A DNA stretch of 64,000 nucleotides from Solirubrobacteraceae bacterium (GTDB lineage: Bacteria > Actinomycetota > Thermoleophilia > Solirubrobacterales > Solirubrobacteraceae), in NCBI GenBank assembly GCA_034664425.1, contig JAXDHR010000075.1, positions 3,362 through 67,361 of the forward strand, in the 5' to 3' direction. Positions 44,857 to 54,272 of the stretch are shown here, one piece after another. Within the stretch, counting starts at the first letter, position 1. Each line of letters begins with the position of its first letter. Made by a program: the position numbers and the translations under genes. The notes below the pieces were generated by a model. That model did not search any database. It was given only the letters and a program-made list of their open reading frames with translations, and had not been told where the DNA came from.

Positions 44857-46044
44857 CTAACGACCGGCGGCCGCGAGCCGCCGCGCGCGCTCGGCCGCGC
44901 CACGCGAGCCCTCCTTGCGGCGCAGCGCAGGACGCTCGACCAGCACGTAGCTGAGCGTCGCGCAGGCAAGCGACGCGGCGAGGCCGAGGACGGCGAGGCC
45001 CGGCCAGCCCGTCACCCCGGCGTCGTCGCGCAGCGCGACGAGCAGCGGGAGGTGCCAGAGGAAGAGCCCGTACGAGACGACGCCGATGGCCGACAGCGCC
45101 GGGGTGGCCAACACGCGCCGGGCTCCGCGCTCCCCCGCCCCGAGGACGGCCGGGAGCACCACGAGCGCCGCGATGGCGGCGTAGAGCACGTGCTCGGCGG
45201 CGAAGCCGAACGCGGTGTAGTCGGCCGGGTCGTAGGTGCGGGGCGCGCCGATCCGCGTCGCCGCGACCCAGAAGAGGCCGAGGGCCGCGAGCCACGGCAG
45301 CCACGGCCGGCGCGCGAGCGCGCTCAACCGCTCGGGCGTCCCACCGAGCTCGGCCCGTACGGAGAGCACGGCGAGCGCCATCCCGCCCGCGAACCACGTG
45401 ACCATGCCGGGCAACGTCGAGATCGCCACGTGCCCGCGCGGATGGTGGAAGAGCACGGCGCGGAACGCGAGGGACGCCAGCGACAGCGCCCCGAGTGCCG
45501 AGAGCTCCCGGCGGGCGGCGACCGCCGACGGCAGGCCGCGGGTGGCGCGTGCCGCGAGGACGGCGTAGACCGGCAGTGCGAGGTAGAACGTCACCTCGAC
45601 GCACAGCGTCCACGCCGGAGAGATCCCGCCGAGCGTGGTGCGCACCTGGTAGATCTGGCCGAAGCCGTAGTAGATCCACCAGTCGCGCGTGAAGACGCCC
45701 GGCAGACCGGGGTAGATGGCCAGCACGGTGAGCGCGAGCCAGTACGCGGGCACGATCCGCAGGGCGCGGCGGCGCAGGTAGTCGCCGGTCCGGATGCGCG
45801 CGCGGCCGGCGTGGGCGGCGGCGGCGAACGGGCGGTACAGCAAGAAGCCCGAGACGCAGAAGAAGATGGCCACGCCGACGTTCAGCCGCGCCGTGTAGGC
45901 GCCCGCCCAGCTCGACGCTGTGACCCCCGCGAGCGCGGACACGTGCACGGCGACCACGCCCAGCGCTGCGAGCGCGCGCAGGCCGTCGACGTGCGGGAAG
46001 CGCGGGTGCCCAGGCGGCGGCGCGAGCGCTGCGGGCGCGCTCAT
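44857..46044 (-). CDS. Acyltransferase family 3 (AT3) membrane O-acyltransferase
   Basis: 395 aa from the ATG at 46044. RFPHVDGLRALAALGVVAVH, GVAIFFCVSGFLLYRPF and about 10 TM. Confidence 0.85.
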   Translation of the reverse strand: MSAPAALAPPPGHPRFPHVDGLRALAALGVVAVHVSALAGVTASSWAGAYTARLNVGVAIFFCVSGFLLYRPFAAAAHAGRARIRTGDYLRRRALRIVPAYWLALTVLAIYPGLPGVFTRDWWIYYGFGQIYQVRTTLGGISPAWTLCVEVTFYLALPVYAVLAARATRGLPSAVAARRELSALGALSLASLAFRAVLFHHPRGHVAISTLPGMVTWFAGGMALAVLSVRAELGGTPERLSALARRPWLPWLAALGLFWVAATRIGAPRTYDPADYTAFGFAAEHVLYAAIAALVVLPAVLGAGERGARRVLATPALSAIGVVSYGLFLWHLPLLVALRDDAGVTGWPGLAVLGLAASLACATLSYVLVERPALRRKEGSRGAAERARRLAAAGR

Positions 46045-47255
46045 GGTGCCGCCCGGTCGTCCGCGAGCGGGGCCGGCGCGGCGCCGCGGCGGGCGCGCAC
46101 CGCGCCCCGCCGGGCCGGGACGAGCCGTTTGAAGGCGAGCAAGGGGCGCTCGAAGCCGTACCAGCCGGCGGCCGCGACGGCGGCGCTGCCGAGCAAACCG
46201 GCGACCGGCCATGCGAGGTAGGGATGGATCGGGGCGACGCCGCGGAAGCCCCAGCGGTCGAGCAGGCTGAACACGGTGAGGTGCCAGAGGTAGATGCCGT
46301 AGGAGACGACTCCGAGCCAGCCGAGCACGCGGTTGGCGAGCAGCCGCCGCACCACGCCGCGGCCGGGAGTCCCGATCGCCGCGGGCACGACCATCGCGAT
46401 CCCGATCAGTGCGTAGAGCTCGTGGCGGCCGAAGTACTGCGCGGGAGTCATCGGCTCGAACAGCCGGTTACCGATCCCGATCCGCATCGAGACGACCCAG
46501 AAGGCGACAAGCGCAACCGACCACGCCGCGATCGGGAAGCGGTCGACGAAGCGGACCGCCGCGGGCGGCTCCGGGCGCCCTTCGAGCCAGACGGTGAGCA
46601 CGGCGAGCCCCATCCCGAGCGCGAACTGGTCGAGGTAGGACGGCAGCGAGATGAGCAGCGGCGTGACCTCGATCTGGTGTGGATCCATGCCCGACAGCAC
46701 GCCGACCTTCCAGGCCACCGACGCGGCGGCGAGCGCGACGAGCGCGAGCGCCTCCGCGCGGGCTCCGCGGCCGCCGACGCGCCGCAGCAGCCATGCCCAC
46801 AGCGGTAGGAAGGCGTAGAAGGCGACCTCGATGCACAGCGTCCAGGCCTGGGTCAGACCGCCAGAGATCGTCGCCTCCTCGTAGGTCTGCCCGAAGGCGT
46901 AGAAGCGCAGGCCGCCGAGGGTGAACACGCCGGCGGTGCCGAGCACGAGGGCCGAGACGGTGAGCGCGAGCCAGTAGCCCGGGACGATCCGCAGTCCGCG
47001 GCGCCAGGCGTACGCGGCGGTGCGCGGGAGCGGTGCGCCTGCTGCGCGTGCGGCGGCGAACGGCCGGTAGAGCAAGAAGCCCGAGATCACGAAGAAGATC
47101 GCCACGCCGACCTCGAGCCGCTGCGCGTAGTGACCGGCCGTGGAGCCCGGGTAGTCGGCGCCCGCGAAGATCGCGGCGTGCGTGCCGAGGACCGCGATGG
47201 CGGCGATCGCGCGCAGGGCGTCGACATGCGGGAAGCGAGCGGCACGAGGGGTCAT
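46041..47255 (-). CDS. Acyltransferase family 3 (AT3) membrane O-acyltransferase, tandem paralog
   Basis: 404 aa. RFPHVDALRAIAAIAVLGTH and GVAIFFVISGFLLYRPF are present. ATGA overlap with the downstream paralog. Confidence 0.85.
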   Translation of the reverse strand: MTPRAARFPHVDALRAIAAIAVLGTHAAIFAGADYPGSTAGHYAQRLEVGVAIFFVISGFLLYRPFAAARAAGAPLPRTAAYAWRRGLRIVPGYWLALTVSALVLGTAGVFTLGGLRFYAFGQTYEEATISGGLTQAWTLCIEVAFYAFLPLWAWLLRRVGGRGARAEALALVALAAASVAWKVGVLSGMDPHQIEVTPLLISLPSYLDQFALGMGLAVLTVWLEGRPEPPAAVRFVDRFPIAAWSVALVAFWVVSMRIGIGNRLFEPMTPAQYFGRHELYALIGIAMVVPAAIGTPGRGVVRRLLANRVLGWLGVVSYGIYLWHLTVFSLLDRWGFRGVAPIHPYLAWPVAGLLGSAAVAAAGWYGFERPLLAFKRLVPARRGAVRARRGAAPAPLADDRAAP

Positions 47256-47275
47256 CGGCCGCCATACTCTCGCCG

Positions 47276-48532
47276 ATGGCGCGCGCCGGCCGGAGCTTCG
47301 CGGTCAGGCTGGCGCTCATCAGCGCGGCCGGACTCGCCCTGCGCGCGCTGTATCTGCTGACGATCGGCCGCCACGTCACCGGCATCGGCGACTGGTTCTT
47401 CTACCACTGGCAGGCCAACGACATTGCGGCCGGGCGCGGCTTCGACGAGCCGTTCAGGCTGCGCTTCGACCACGTCTCGCTGCCCTCGGCGGGGCATCCC
47501 CCGCTCTACCCCCTCGTCCTCTCCGCGATCTCCGCGCTCGGCGGGACCGGCACGCTGGCTCACCGGCTGCTGGGGCTGCCGCTCGGCGCCGCCACGATCG
47601 TCCTCGTCGGACTGCTCGGGCGCCGAGCGGGCGGCGAGCGCATCGGGCTGATCGCCGCCGGGCTGTGCGCCATCTACCCGATCATGGTCGCCGCCGACGG
47701 CGCGCTGATGAGCGAAACGCTCTACTCGCCGCTGATCGCGCTCGTCCTCCTCGGCGCGTGGCGCCTGCTCGAGCGCCCCGCGCCGTGGGTCGCAGCGGCG
47801 ACGGGCAGCGCGATCGGCCTCGCCGCGCTGACGCGGTCCGAGGGCCTTCTGCTGCTGCCGCTGCTCGCCTGGCCGGCGGCCGTGCGCGGTGGCGGCCCAC
47901 GGCGCGCGCGGATCGTCCGGCTGCTCCTCGCCAGCGCGGGTTGCGTCGTCGTGATCGCACCGTGGACGATCCGCAACCTCGACGCGTTCGGGCGCCTGGT
48001 GCCGATCTCCGACAACGACTCCACGGTGATCGCCGGCGCCAACTGCGGCCTCACCTACCACGGTGCCAACCTGGGCTCGTGGGACATCCGCTGCATCTCG
48101 CCGCGGCGGCTAGACAACGAGGCCGCGCAGGCGGCGGTCTGGCGCGCTGAGGGCCTGCGCTACGCGCGCGACCACGCCGCGCGGTTGCCGGTCGTGCTCA
48201 TCGTGCGGCTCGCCCGCGTCTGGGACCTGTGGCAGCCGCGCCGCCAGGTGCTGCTCGACGAGGGGCGCCAGCTGCGGATGTCGCAGGCCGGCGTCGCCTT
48301 CTTCTACCTGTTCGCCGCGCTGGGAATGGCCGGCGCGCTCGCGCTTCGCCGCCGGGGGCGGCCGCTGCTCGTCCTGATGGCACCGGCACTCGCCGTCTGT
48401 GTCGCGGCGCTCGTCGGCTACGGCATCCCCCGGCTGCGCCACGGCTTCGAGATCCCGCTGCTCGTGCTCGCGGCCGCGGGCGCCGCCGCGATCTGGGACC
48501 GGCTTCATGCCCGCAGGGCGGCGCCGGCGTGA
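47276..48532 (+). CDS. GT-C fold glycosyltransferase, ArnT/PMT_2-like
   Basis: 418 aa from the ATG at 47276. About 9 TM. The first-loop acidic motif GDWFFYHWQANDIAAGRGFDEPF and AGHPPLYPL are typical of the family. Confidence 0.75.
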   Translation: MARAGRSFAVRLALISAAGLALRALYLLTIGRHVTGIGDWFFYHWQANDIAAGRGFDEPFRLRFDHVSLPSAGHPPLYPLVLSAISALGGTGTLAHRLLGLPLGAATIVLVGLLGRRAGGERIGLIAAGLCAIYPIMVAADGALMSETLYSPLIALVLLGAWRLLERPAPWVAAATGSAIGLAALTRSEGLLLLPLLAWPAAVRGGGPRRARIVRLLLASAGCVVVIAPWTIRNLDAFGRLVPISDNDSTVIAGANCGLTYHGANLGSWDIRCISPRRLDNEAAQAAVWRAEGLRYARDHAARLPVVLIVRLARVWDLWQPRRQVLLDEGRQLRMSQAGVAFFYLFAALGMAGALALRRRGRPLLVLMAPALAVCVAALVGYGIPRLRHGFEIPLLVLAAAGAAAIWDRLHARRAAPA

Positions 48533-49803
48533 GCCGCCGGTCCTTCTGGCTCGGGATCGCGGGGATCGCGGCCGTCGGGCTGGCGCTCCGGCTCGTCTAC
48601 GCGCTGTTGATCGTCAAGGACGCGCCGCTGCTCGGCGACGCGCTGGAGTTCCACCTTCAGGCCAACGCGCTCGCCGACGGGCATGGCTACATCCAGCCGT
48701 TTCTGTACCGGGCCACGGGCCAGCTGCGCCCGTCGGCCGACAAGCCGCCGCTGTACCCGCTGCTCGAGGCGGGGGTGTCACTGCTCGGCGGGCGCTCGTG
48801 GGCGTGGCATCAGCTCGTCGGCGTCATCGCAGGAACGGGGACGATCGTTGCCTGCGGCGCCATCGGGCGCCGCGTGGCCGGGGCTGCCATCGGCGTGCTG
48901 GCGGCCGTGGTCGCCGCGCTCTACCCCGTGCTCATCGCCACGGACGGATCGCTGCGCTCGGAGTCGGTGTACGCGCTGGCGATCGCGCTGTCGCTGCTCG
49001 CTGCGCTGCGCCTGCGCGAGCGTCCGAGCGCCGGCCGCGCCGCAGTCCTCGGCGTCGCGGTCGCCGCGGCCGCGCTCGTGCGCTCGGAGGCGCTGCTGCT
49101 GCTCGTCCTGCTCGCCCTGCCGCTCGCGGGCGTGCGCCGGACGCTCGTCGCCGGCGCGGCCTGCCTGCTCGTGCTCTCCCCCTGGCTCGCGCGCTGCTGG
49201 ATCGCACTCGACCATCCCGTGCTCGTCTCGACCAACGTCGGCGGCCTGCTCGCGGGCGCCAACTGCGACTCGACCTACGCCGGGCCGCTGCTGGGCCAAT
49301 GGGACTACGCGTGCCTGCCGAAGCCGCGCTACGCCAACGAGGCGCTGGAGTCGGCGCGACTGCGCGGCGTGGGCCTGCGCTACGCCCGCGACCACGCCGC
49401 GCGCCTGCCGGTCGTCGAGCTCGCGCGCCTCGGACGCTCCTTCGAGCTCTTCCGCCCGCGCCAGAACGCCGACATGGAGGCGTTCTACGAAGGGCGCGAC
49501 CGGCGCGTGGCCCAGACGGGCACACTCACGTACTACGTGCTCGCGCTCCTCGCGATCGCCGGGGTGGTGACACTCCGGCGCCGGCACGGGCCGTGGTGGA
49601 TCCTGGTCGCACCGGTCGTGCTCGTCGCGGTGACGACGGTCATCTCCTACGGCTTCACGCGCTTCCGCGTCGCCGCGGAGCCGGGGATGGTCGTGCTGGC
49701 GGCGGTCGGCGTCGGCGCGGGGTGGGCACGCCGTCAGCGGCGGACGGGCGGCGCGAGCTCGCGGGCGCGCGCCGTGGCCCGGGCGGCGAGCGGCGCGTCG
49801 TAG
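48529..49803 (+). CDS. GT-C fold glycosyltransferase, ArnT/PMT_2-like, tandem paralog
   Basis: 424 aa from the GTG at 48529 (GTGA overlap). GDALEFHLQANALADGHGY and DKPPLYPL are present. It shares the GLRYARDHAARLPVV block with the upstream paralog. Confidence 0.75.
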   Translation: MSRRSFWLGIAGIAAVGLALRLVYALLIVKDAPLLGDALEFHLQANALADGHGYIQPFLYRATGQLRPSADKPPLYPLLEAGVSLLGGRSWAWHQLVGVIAGTGTIVACGAIGRRVAGAAIGVLAAVVAALYPVLIATDGSLRSESVYALAIALSLLAALRLRERPSAGRAAVLGVAVAAAALVRSEALLLLVLLALPLAGVRRTLVAGAACLLVLSPWLARCWIALDHPVLVSTNVGGLLAGANCDSTYAGPLLGQWDYACLPKPRYANEALESARLRGVGLRYARDHAARLPVVELARLGRSFELFRPRQNADMEAFYEGRDRRVAQTGTLTYYVLALLAIAGVVTLRRRHGPWWILVAPVVLVAVTTVISYGFTRFRVAAEPGMVVLAAVGVGAGWARRQRRTGGASSRARAVARAASGAS

Positions 49804-50135
49804 CCGCGCGCGGCGCTCGCCAGCAACGCCCAGGCCTCGAGGTTCTGCGGCTCGGCGCGGGTCGCCGCCTGCAGCGTGCGCAGCGCGCCGCGACGGTCGC
49901 CCTCGCGGGCTTGGAGGACGGCCCGGTAGAGCTCGGGCCGCTGATCCGGGTTGAGCCGCTCGACGCGGGTGAGGAGCGTGTCGGCCCGCGCCCGCGCCGC
50001 CGCACTCGGCGCCGTGCCGGCAAAGGCGATCGAGCGCACCTCGGTCTCGGCGTCGGCGCCGATCGCCTCGACGGCCAGCCAGGCGGCGAGGAGGAGCGCG
50101 ACGAGTCCGAGCGCGATGCGGGCAGCGAGCGCCAC
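49734..50135 (-). CDS. Membrane-anchored TPR-like protein; start uncertain
   Basis: TM (IALGLVALLLAAWLAV) followed by TPR-like helices (ELYRAVLQAREGDRRGALRTLQAATRAEPQNLEAWALLA). The in-frame GTG at 50135 lies 10 nt after the upstream stop; the track start at 50252 would overlap that gene. Confidence 0.4.
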   Translation of the reverse strand: MALAARIALGLVALLLAAWLAVEAIGADAETEVRSIAFAGTAPSAAARARADTLLTRVERLNPDQRPELYRAVLQAREGDRRGALRTLQAATRAEPQNLEAWALLASAARGYDAPLAARATARARELAPPVRR

Positions 50136-50145
50136 GGCGGGCAGC

Positions 50146-51696
50146 CTAGTGCCCGACGAGGATCTCGTAGGCGCCGAACCGGGCGCGCCGCGCATACGCG
50201 CCGGCCAGGTAGCGGTCGAGCGCGCGCGAGCCGCTGCTACGCCCCCGCTCATTCGGCTCGGGCTTGGAGGACAGCGGGTCCAGCCAGCGGATCACCACGG
50301 GGCGCGTGCGCCGCAGGACGCGGACGATCTGCGCCTGCTCGGCCGGACGCGCCTGCAGGGACGCGTCGTCGCGCAGGACTGGCGGGCGGTCGACGAGCAC
50401 GTAGAGCAGCGGATCGGTGAAGGCGACGCGGTCCGAGCGCCGCGGCGCGACGTAGACGGGCTGCCCGGACGGCACGAGACGATCGACCGTGGCCACGACG
50501 CGGGGGAGCGCCGCCGCCTCGCCCGGGGGCACCCCGATGCCCGGGACCCCGCGCAGGTGGACCGCCTGGAGGCGCGGCGGAAGGGCCAGCGCCGAGACGC
50601 GGTTGGCGACCCCCGCCAGGGCGATGAAGCCGAGTCCGATCGCCAGCACGACGCGGAGCGCGCCGCCGGCGCGGGCGATCGCCAGCGCGGCGAGGACCGC
50701 CGCGCAGACGGCCAGCGGCTGGACGTGGAACTCGTCCGCGCGCGAGCGCTCATACAGCGCACCGAAGGCCCCGAGCACCGCGACCGCGGCCGGGACGAGC
50801 CGCGCGCCCCGGGGGCCGCGCCGCCACGCCAGCGTCGCAGCCGCCACGATCAGCAGCCCGAGTGCGACGAGCGGCAGCTCGTAGCCGATCAGGTCCTTGC
50901 CGTCCTGCAGGAAGGCCTGTGCGGACGAGAGCCGCAGCCGGCCGTCGTAGAGCACCGGGAGGGGCAGCCGCCACGCGCTGCCCTCGCGGAGGCTGATGCC
51001 GAACAGCTGCTCCCACAGCACGTGGGGGCCCGCGGCGACGAGGAACGGCACGAACACGAGCAGCGCGCCGGCGATCGCGACGAGCGCCGCGTGCAGCGCG
51101 CGGCGGCCGTCCCGCGCCACGACGAGCCCGGCGGCGACGGCGGCGAGCGCCGCGAGGCCGAAGTCGGGCCGCCACGCGATCGCGAGGGCGACCAGCGCGC
51201 CCGTGAGCGTGATCCGCGGCCGGCCTGCCGCCAGCAGCGCCCCGAGCCCGAGCGCGAAGGCGACCGGAAACGGGTTGGCGACGGTCGGCTGCGCCATCGT
51301 CACGGCGACGGCCAGCCAGCTCGCCGCCGCCAAACCGGTCCCCGCCTGACGGCGCACGAGCGCGAAGGCGAGCACGCTGATCGTCGCGTCGGCCGCGGTG
51401 CGGACGATCCTCCACCACAGCACCGAGGGGCCGAAGAGACGGTCGGCGAGCCACATCAGCAGCGGGTGGCCAGGCCCGTAGGGCCAGCCGAAGTCCGCGT
51501 ACGGCCACTCTCCGCGAGCGATCCTATGGGCCGCCGAGAGCAGCAGGCCCTCGTCGAACGGGTCGAGGTAGCGCCGGATCGTGAAGCCGGAGATCAGCGC
51601 GGCGAGCCCGAACAGCACGACGAGCAGCGCGCCGTCGCGCGCTCGCTCACCGCGAACCGCGAGCGCGCCGCCGCGCGCCGCCAGCGCCCCGCTCAT
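50146..51696 (-). CDS. Polytopic membrane protein, GT-C-like (unassigned family)
   Basis: 516 aa from the ATG at 51696 (ATGA overlap). About 11 TM. The first extracytoplasmic loop RRYLDPFDEGLLLSAAHRIARGEWPYADFGWPYGPGHPLL resembles the DxD/ExD loop of GT-C enzymes. The soluble C-terminal ~140 aa domain is unrecognised. Confidence 0.55.
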   Translation of the reverse strand: MSGALAARGGALAVRGERARDGALLVVLFGLAALISGFTIRRYLDPFDEGLLLSAAHRIARGEWPYADFGWPYGPGHPLLMWLADRLFGPSVLWWRIVRTAADATISVLAFALVRRQAGTGLAAASWLAVAVTMAQPTVANPFPVAFALGLGALLAAGRPRITLTGALVALAIAWRPDFGLAALAAVAAGLVVARDGRRALHAALVAIAGALLVFVPFLVAAGPHVLWEQLFGISLREGSAWRLPLPVLYDGRLRLSSAQAFLQDGKDLIGYELPLVALGLLIVAAATLAWRRGPRGARLVPAAVAVLGAFGALYERSRADEFHVQPLAVCAAVLAALAIARAGGALRVVLAIGLGFIALAGVANRVSALALPPRLQAVHLRGVPGIGVPPGEAAALPRVVATVDRLVPSGQPVYVAPRRSDRVAFTDPLLYVLVDRPPVLRDDASLQARPAEQAQIVRVLRRTRPVVIRWLDPLSSKPEPNERGRSSGSRALDRYLAGAYARRARFGAYEILVGH

Positions 51697-53186
51697 CCGG
51701 CCGCCGCCGCGGGCGCCGCGCCCGGCGACTCGCCGCCCACGCGCAGGTAGCCGCGCAGCTCCGTGAGCAGCCCCCGCTCCATCCGTGCCGTCGCCGCCGC
51801 GAGCAGCGCCAGCCACAGCACCAGCTCGGCGAGCGCCTGGGCGAGCGTCCGGGCCTGGCCGTGGAGGGCGAGGCGCAGCACCAGCACGGGGACCGTCGCC
51901 ACGGCGACCGGCACGACTGCGCGCGCGGCGACGGTCCACAGCCGCGCAGCCGGCATCAGACGCCGCAGGTACACGCGCCGCACGGCCAGCACGCACAGCG
52001 TGCAGGCGATCCGCCCGGCCACGAAGCCCCAGGAGCCCCAGACGAGCTCCCCGGGCACCGCGAGGACGGCGAACGACCCGGCGAAGACCGCGCTCTCGAC
52101 CGCCTGCGGCCACGACGAGCCGCGCGCGCGATAGAAGGAGAACCAGTTGTAGCCCAGCTGCTGAAGCCCGGCGGCGACGGCAAGGCCGCCGATCAGCACG
52201 ATCGCGCCATGCCACTGGTCGCCGAGCACGAAGCCGACGAGATCGCCGGCGAACAGGGCGAGCCCCGCGCCGAACGGGAAGGCCCACATCAGGGTGAGCC
52301 GGTTCGCCTTCGCGAACAGCTCCTCCTGCACCGCGATGCGATCGCGCACGCGCACGATCGCCGGGTAGATCGTGGTGGCGAGGATCTGGTCGGCGCGGTC
52401 GGCGTAGCGGGTGAGCGTCGCGGCGACCGTGATCCAGCCCGCGGCGACGAGGCCGTCCGAGAGTCCGAACACCGCGAGCTGCGCCTGGGCGACGAGCAGG
52501 GCCGCCAGCGACGTCACGAGGATCGGCCACGAGAAGCGCAGGTAGCGGCGCGTCGCCTCGCGATCGAAGCGCAGCCGCAGCCGGTAGGGCGAGACCGCCC
52601 ACGCGGCGACGACCGCGGCCGCGTTGCCGCAGAAGGGGCCGATCACCAGCGACCAGACGCCGACGCCGGCCAGCAGCAGCGGCACGGCGACGACGACCGT
52701 CCCGAGCGGCACGATCGCCTGCAGGATCCGCAGCCGCAGGTAGTCCATCGCCTTGAAGGCGGCCCACTGCGGCGCCTGCAGCGCGAAGGCGACCGGCAGG
52801 TAGGCGACGGCGAGCGTCAGCGCCAGCAGCCGGTCGTCGCCGTAGAGCACGGCGAGGATCGGCGCGGCGATCGCGATCACCAGCGAGCCGAGCAGCCCGA
52901 TGCCGAGCTCGACGGTGAAGGCGCGCTGGAACTCGGCCTCCTCGTCCTCGGCGGCCTGCTGGACGAACGCCTCGTCGATCCCGACGCGGCGCAGCTGCAC
53001 GACGGTCATCGCCGTCGTCGTCACGACGCCGTAGAGGCCGATCGCGCCCGGACCGAGCAGCGCCGTGGCGAGGAGCCCCTGCAGCAGCACGAGCCCCTCG
53101 GCACCCGACAGGAACGCCGCGTTGACCACGCCCCCGCGTGCGGTCGCGGCACGCAGGCCGCGGGCCGGGCTGCTGCTCGGACGCAT
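51693..53186 (-). CDS. Wzx-like oligosaccharide flippase (MOP superfamily)
   Basis: 497 aa from the ATG at 53186. About 12-14 TM. The N-terminus VVNAAFLSGAEGLVLLQGLLATALLGPGAIGLYGVV is typical of the polysaccharide biosynthesis protein family. Confidence 0.8.
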   Translation of the reverse strand: MRPSSSPARGLRAATARGGVVNAAFLSGAEGLVLLQGLLATALLGPGAIGLYGVVTTTAMTVVQLRRVGIDEAFVQQAAEDEEAEFQRAFTVELGIGLLGSLVIAIAAPILAVLYGDDRLLALTLAVAYLPVAFALQAPQWAAFKAMDYLRLRILQAIVPLGTVVVAVPLLLAGVGVWSLVIGPFCGNAAAVVAAWAVSPYRLRLRFDREATRRYLRFSWPILVTSLAALLVAQAQLAVFGLSDGLVAAGWITVAATLTRYADRADQILATTIYPAIVRVRDRIAVQEELFAKANRLTLMWAFPFGAGLALFAGDLVGFVLGDQWHGAIVLIGGLAVAAGLQQLGYNWFSFYRARGSSWPQAVESAVFAGSFAVLAVPGELVWGSWGFVAGRIACTLCVLAVRRVYLRRLMPAARLWTVAARAVVPVAVATVPVLVLRLALHGQARTLAQALAELVLWLALLAAATARMERGLLTELRGYLRVGGESPGAAPAAAAG

Positions 53187-53207
53187 GGGCCGCGATGCTA
53201 CTGCGGC

Positions 53208-54272
53208 ATGCCGCCCGCACCAGCCGTGTTCCTGTCCTACTCCGGCGTGCTCGGCGGAGCCGAGCGGATCCTGCTCGACGGCGCCTCCCGGCTCGGGGCG
53301 CCCGCCGCCCTCGCGTGCCCGGAGGGACCGCTGGCGGCGGCGGCGCGCACCGCGGGGCTGCCCGTGCAGGTTCTGCCCGAGCGCACGTTGCAGCTGCGCT
53401 CCGGGCCTCGAGCGGCCGCGGCCCACGCCGCCGGGGTCGCCGGCCTCGCGGTGGACGTGACCAGGATCGGAGCCCGTCCCGCGGCGCTCGTCGCCTGGGG
53501 GGCGCGGGCGGTCCTGGCCTGCGCGCTCGTCCCGCGGGCGCGGCGGCCGCCGCTGCTCGCGGTCCACTGCGACCTGCTGCCCGCGGGCGCGCCCGGACGC
53601 GCGCTGCGCGCCGCCACCCGCCGGGCCGACGGCGTCGCCGCGCTGTCGCAGGCGATCGCCGCCGCGATCGACCCCCGCGCCGACGTCCTGCATCCCGGCG
53701 TCGACCTCCACGCCTGGACGCCGGGGTCGCCGCCGGACGGTCCCCCGTCAGCGCTCATGCTCGGCGCGCTGGTCGCCTGGAAGCGCGCCGACCTCGCGCT
53801 GGAGATCGCGGCGCGCGTGCCCGAGCTGCGGCTCGAGCTGGCGGGCGACGCAATGCCGGGCGACGACGGCGCGTTCCTGGCGGCGCTCCAGCGCCGCGCG
53901 GCGGCCGCCGACCTGCGCGACCGGGTCCGGCTCCTCGGCCGCGTCGAGGACCCGCGGCCGGCGCTCGCCCGCGCGCACCTGCTCCTGCACTGCGCGGACG
54001 CCGAGCCCTACGGCCTCGCCCTGGTCGAGGCGCTCGCCGCCGGCCGGCCCGTCGTCGCGCCCGCGTCCGGCGGGCCGCCGGAGATCGTCGCGGACGGTGC
54101 GGGCCGGCTGTTCGCGCCCGGCGACCCCACGGCCGGCGCCGCCGCGGTGCGCGCCGTGCTCGCCGATCCGGCCGCGCCGGCCGCGGCGCGGGCGCGGGCG
54201 GAAGCGCACTTCGACGTGCGGCGCTCGACAGCGCGGCTGCGCGCGGCGATCGCCGCGCTCACCAGCGCCTGA
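53208..54272 (+). CDS. GT4 (GT-B) glycosyltransferase
   Basis: 354 aa from the ATG at 53208. GGAERILLD and the C-terminal EPYGLALVEALAAGRPVVAPASGGPPEIV (E-x7-E region) are present. Confidence 0.8.
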   Translation: MPPAPAVFLSYSGVLGGAERILLDGASRLGAPAALACPEGPLAAAARTAGLPVQVLPERTLQLRSGPRAAAAHAAGVAGLAVDVTRIGARPAALVAWGARAVLACALVPRARRPPLLAVHCDLLPAGAPGRALRAATRRADGVAALSQAIAAAIDPRADVLHPGVDLHAWTPGSPPDGPPSALMLGALVAWKRADLALEIAARVPELRLELAGDAMPGDDGAFLAALQRRAAAADLRDRVRLLGRVEDPRPALARAHLLLHCADAEPYGLALVEALAAGRPVVAPASGGPPEIVADGAGRLFAPGDPTAGAAAVRAVLADPAAPAAARARAEAHFDVRRSTARLRAAIAALTSA

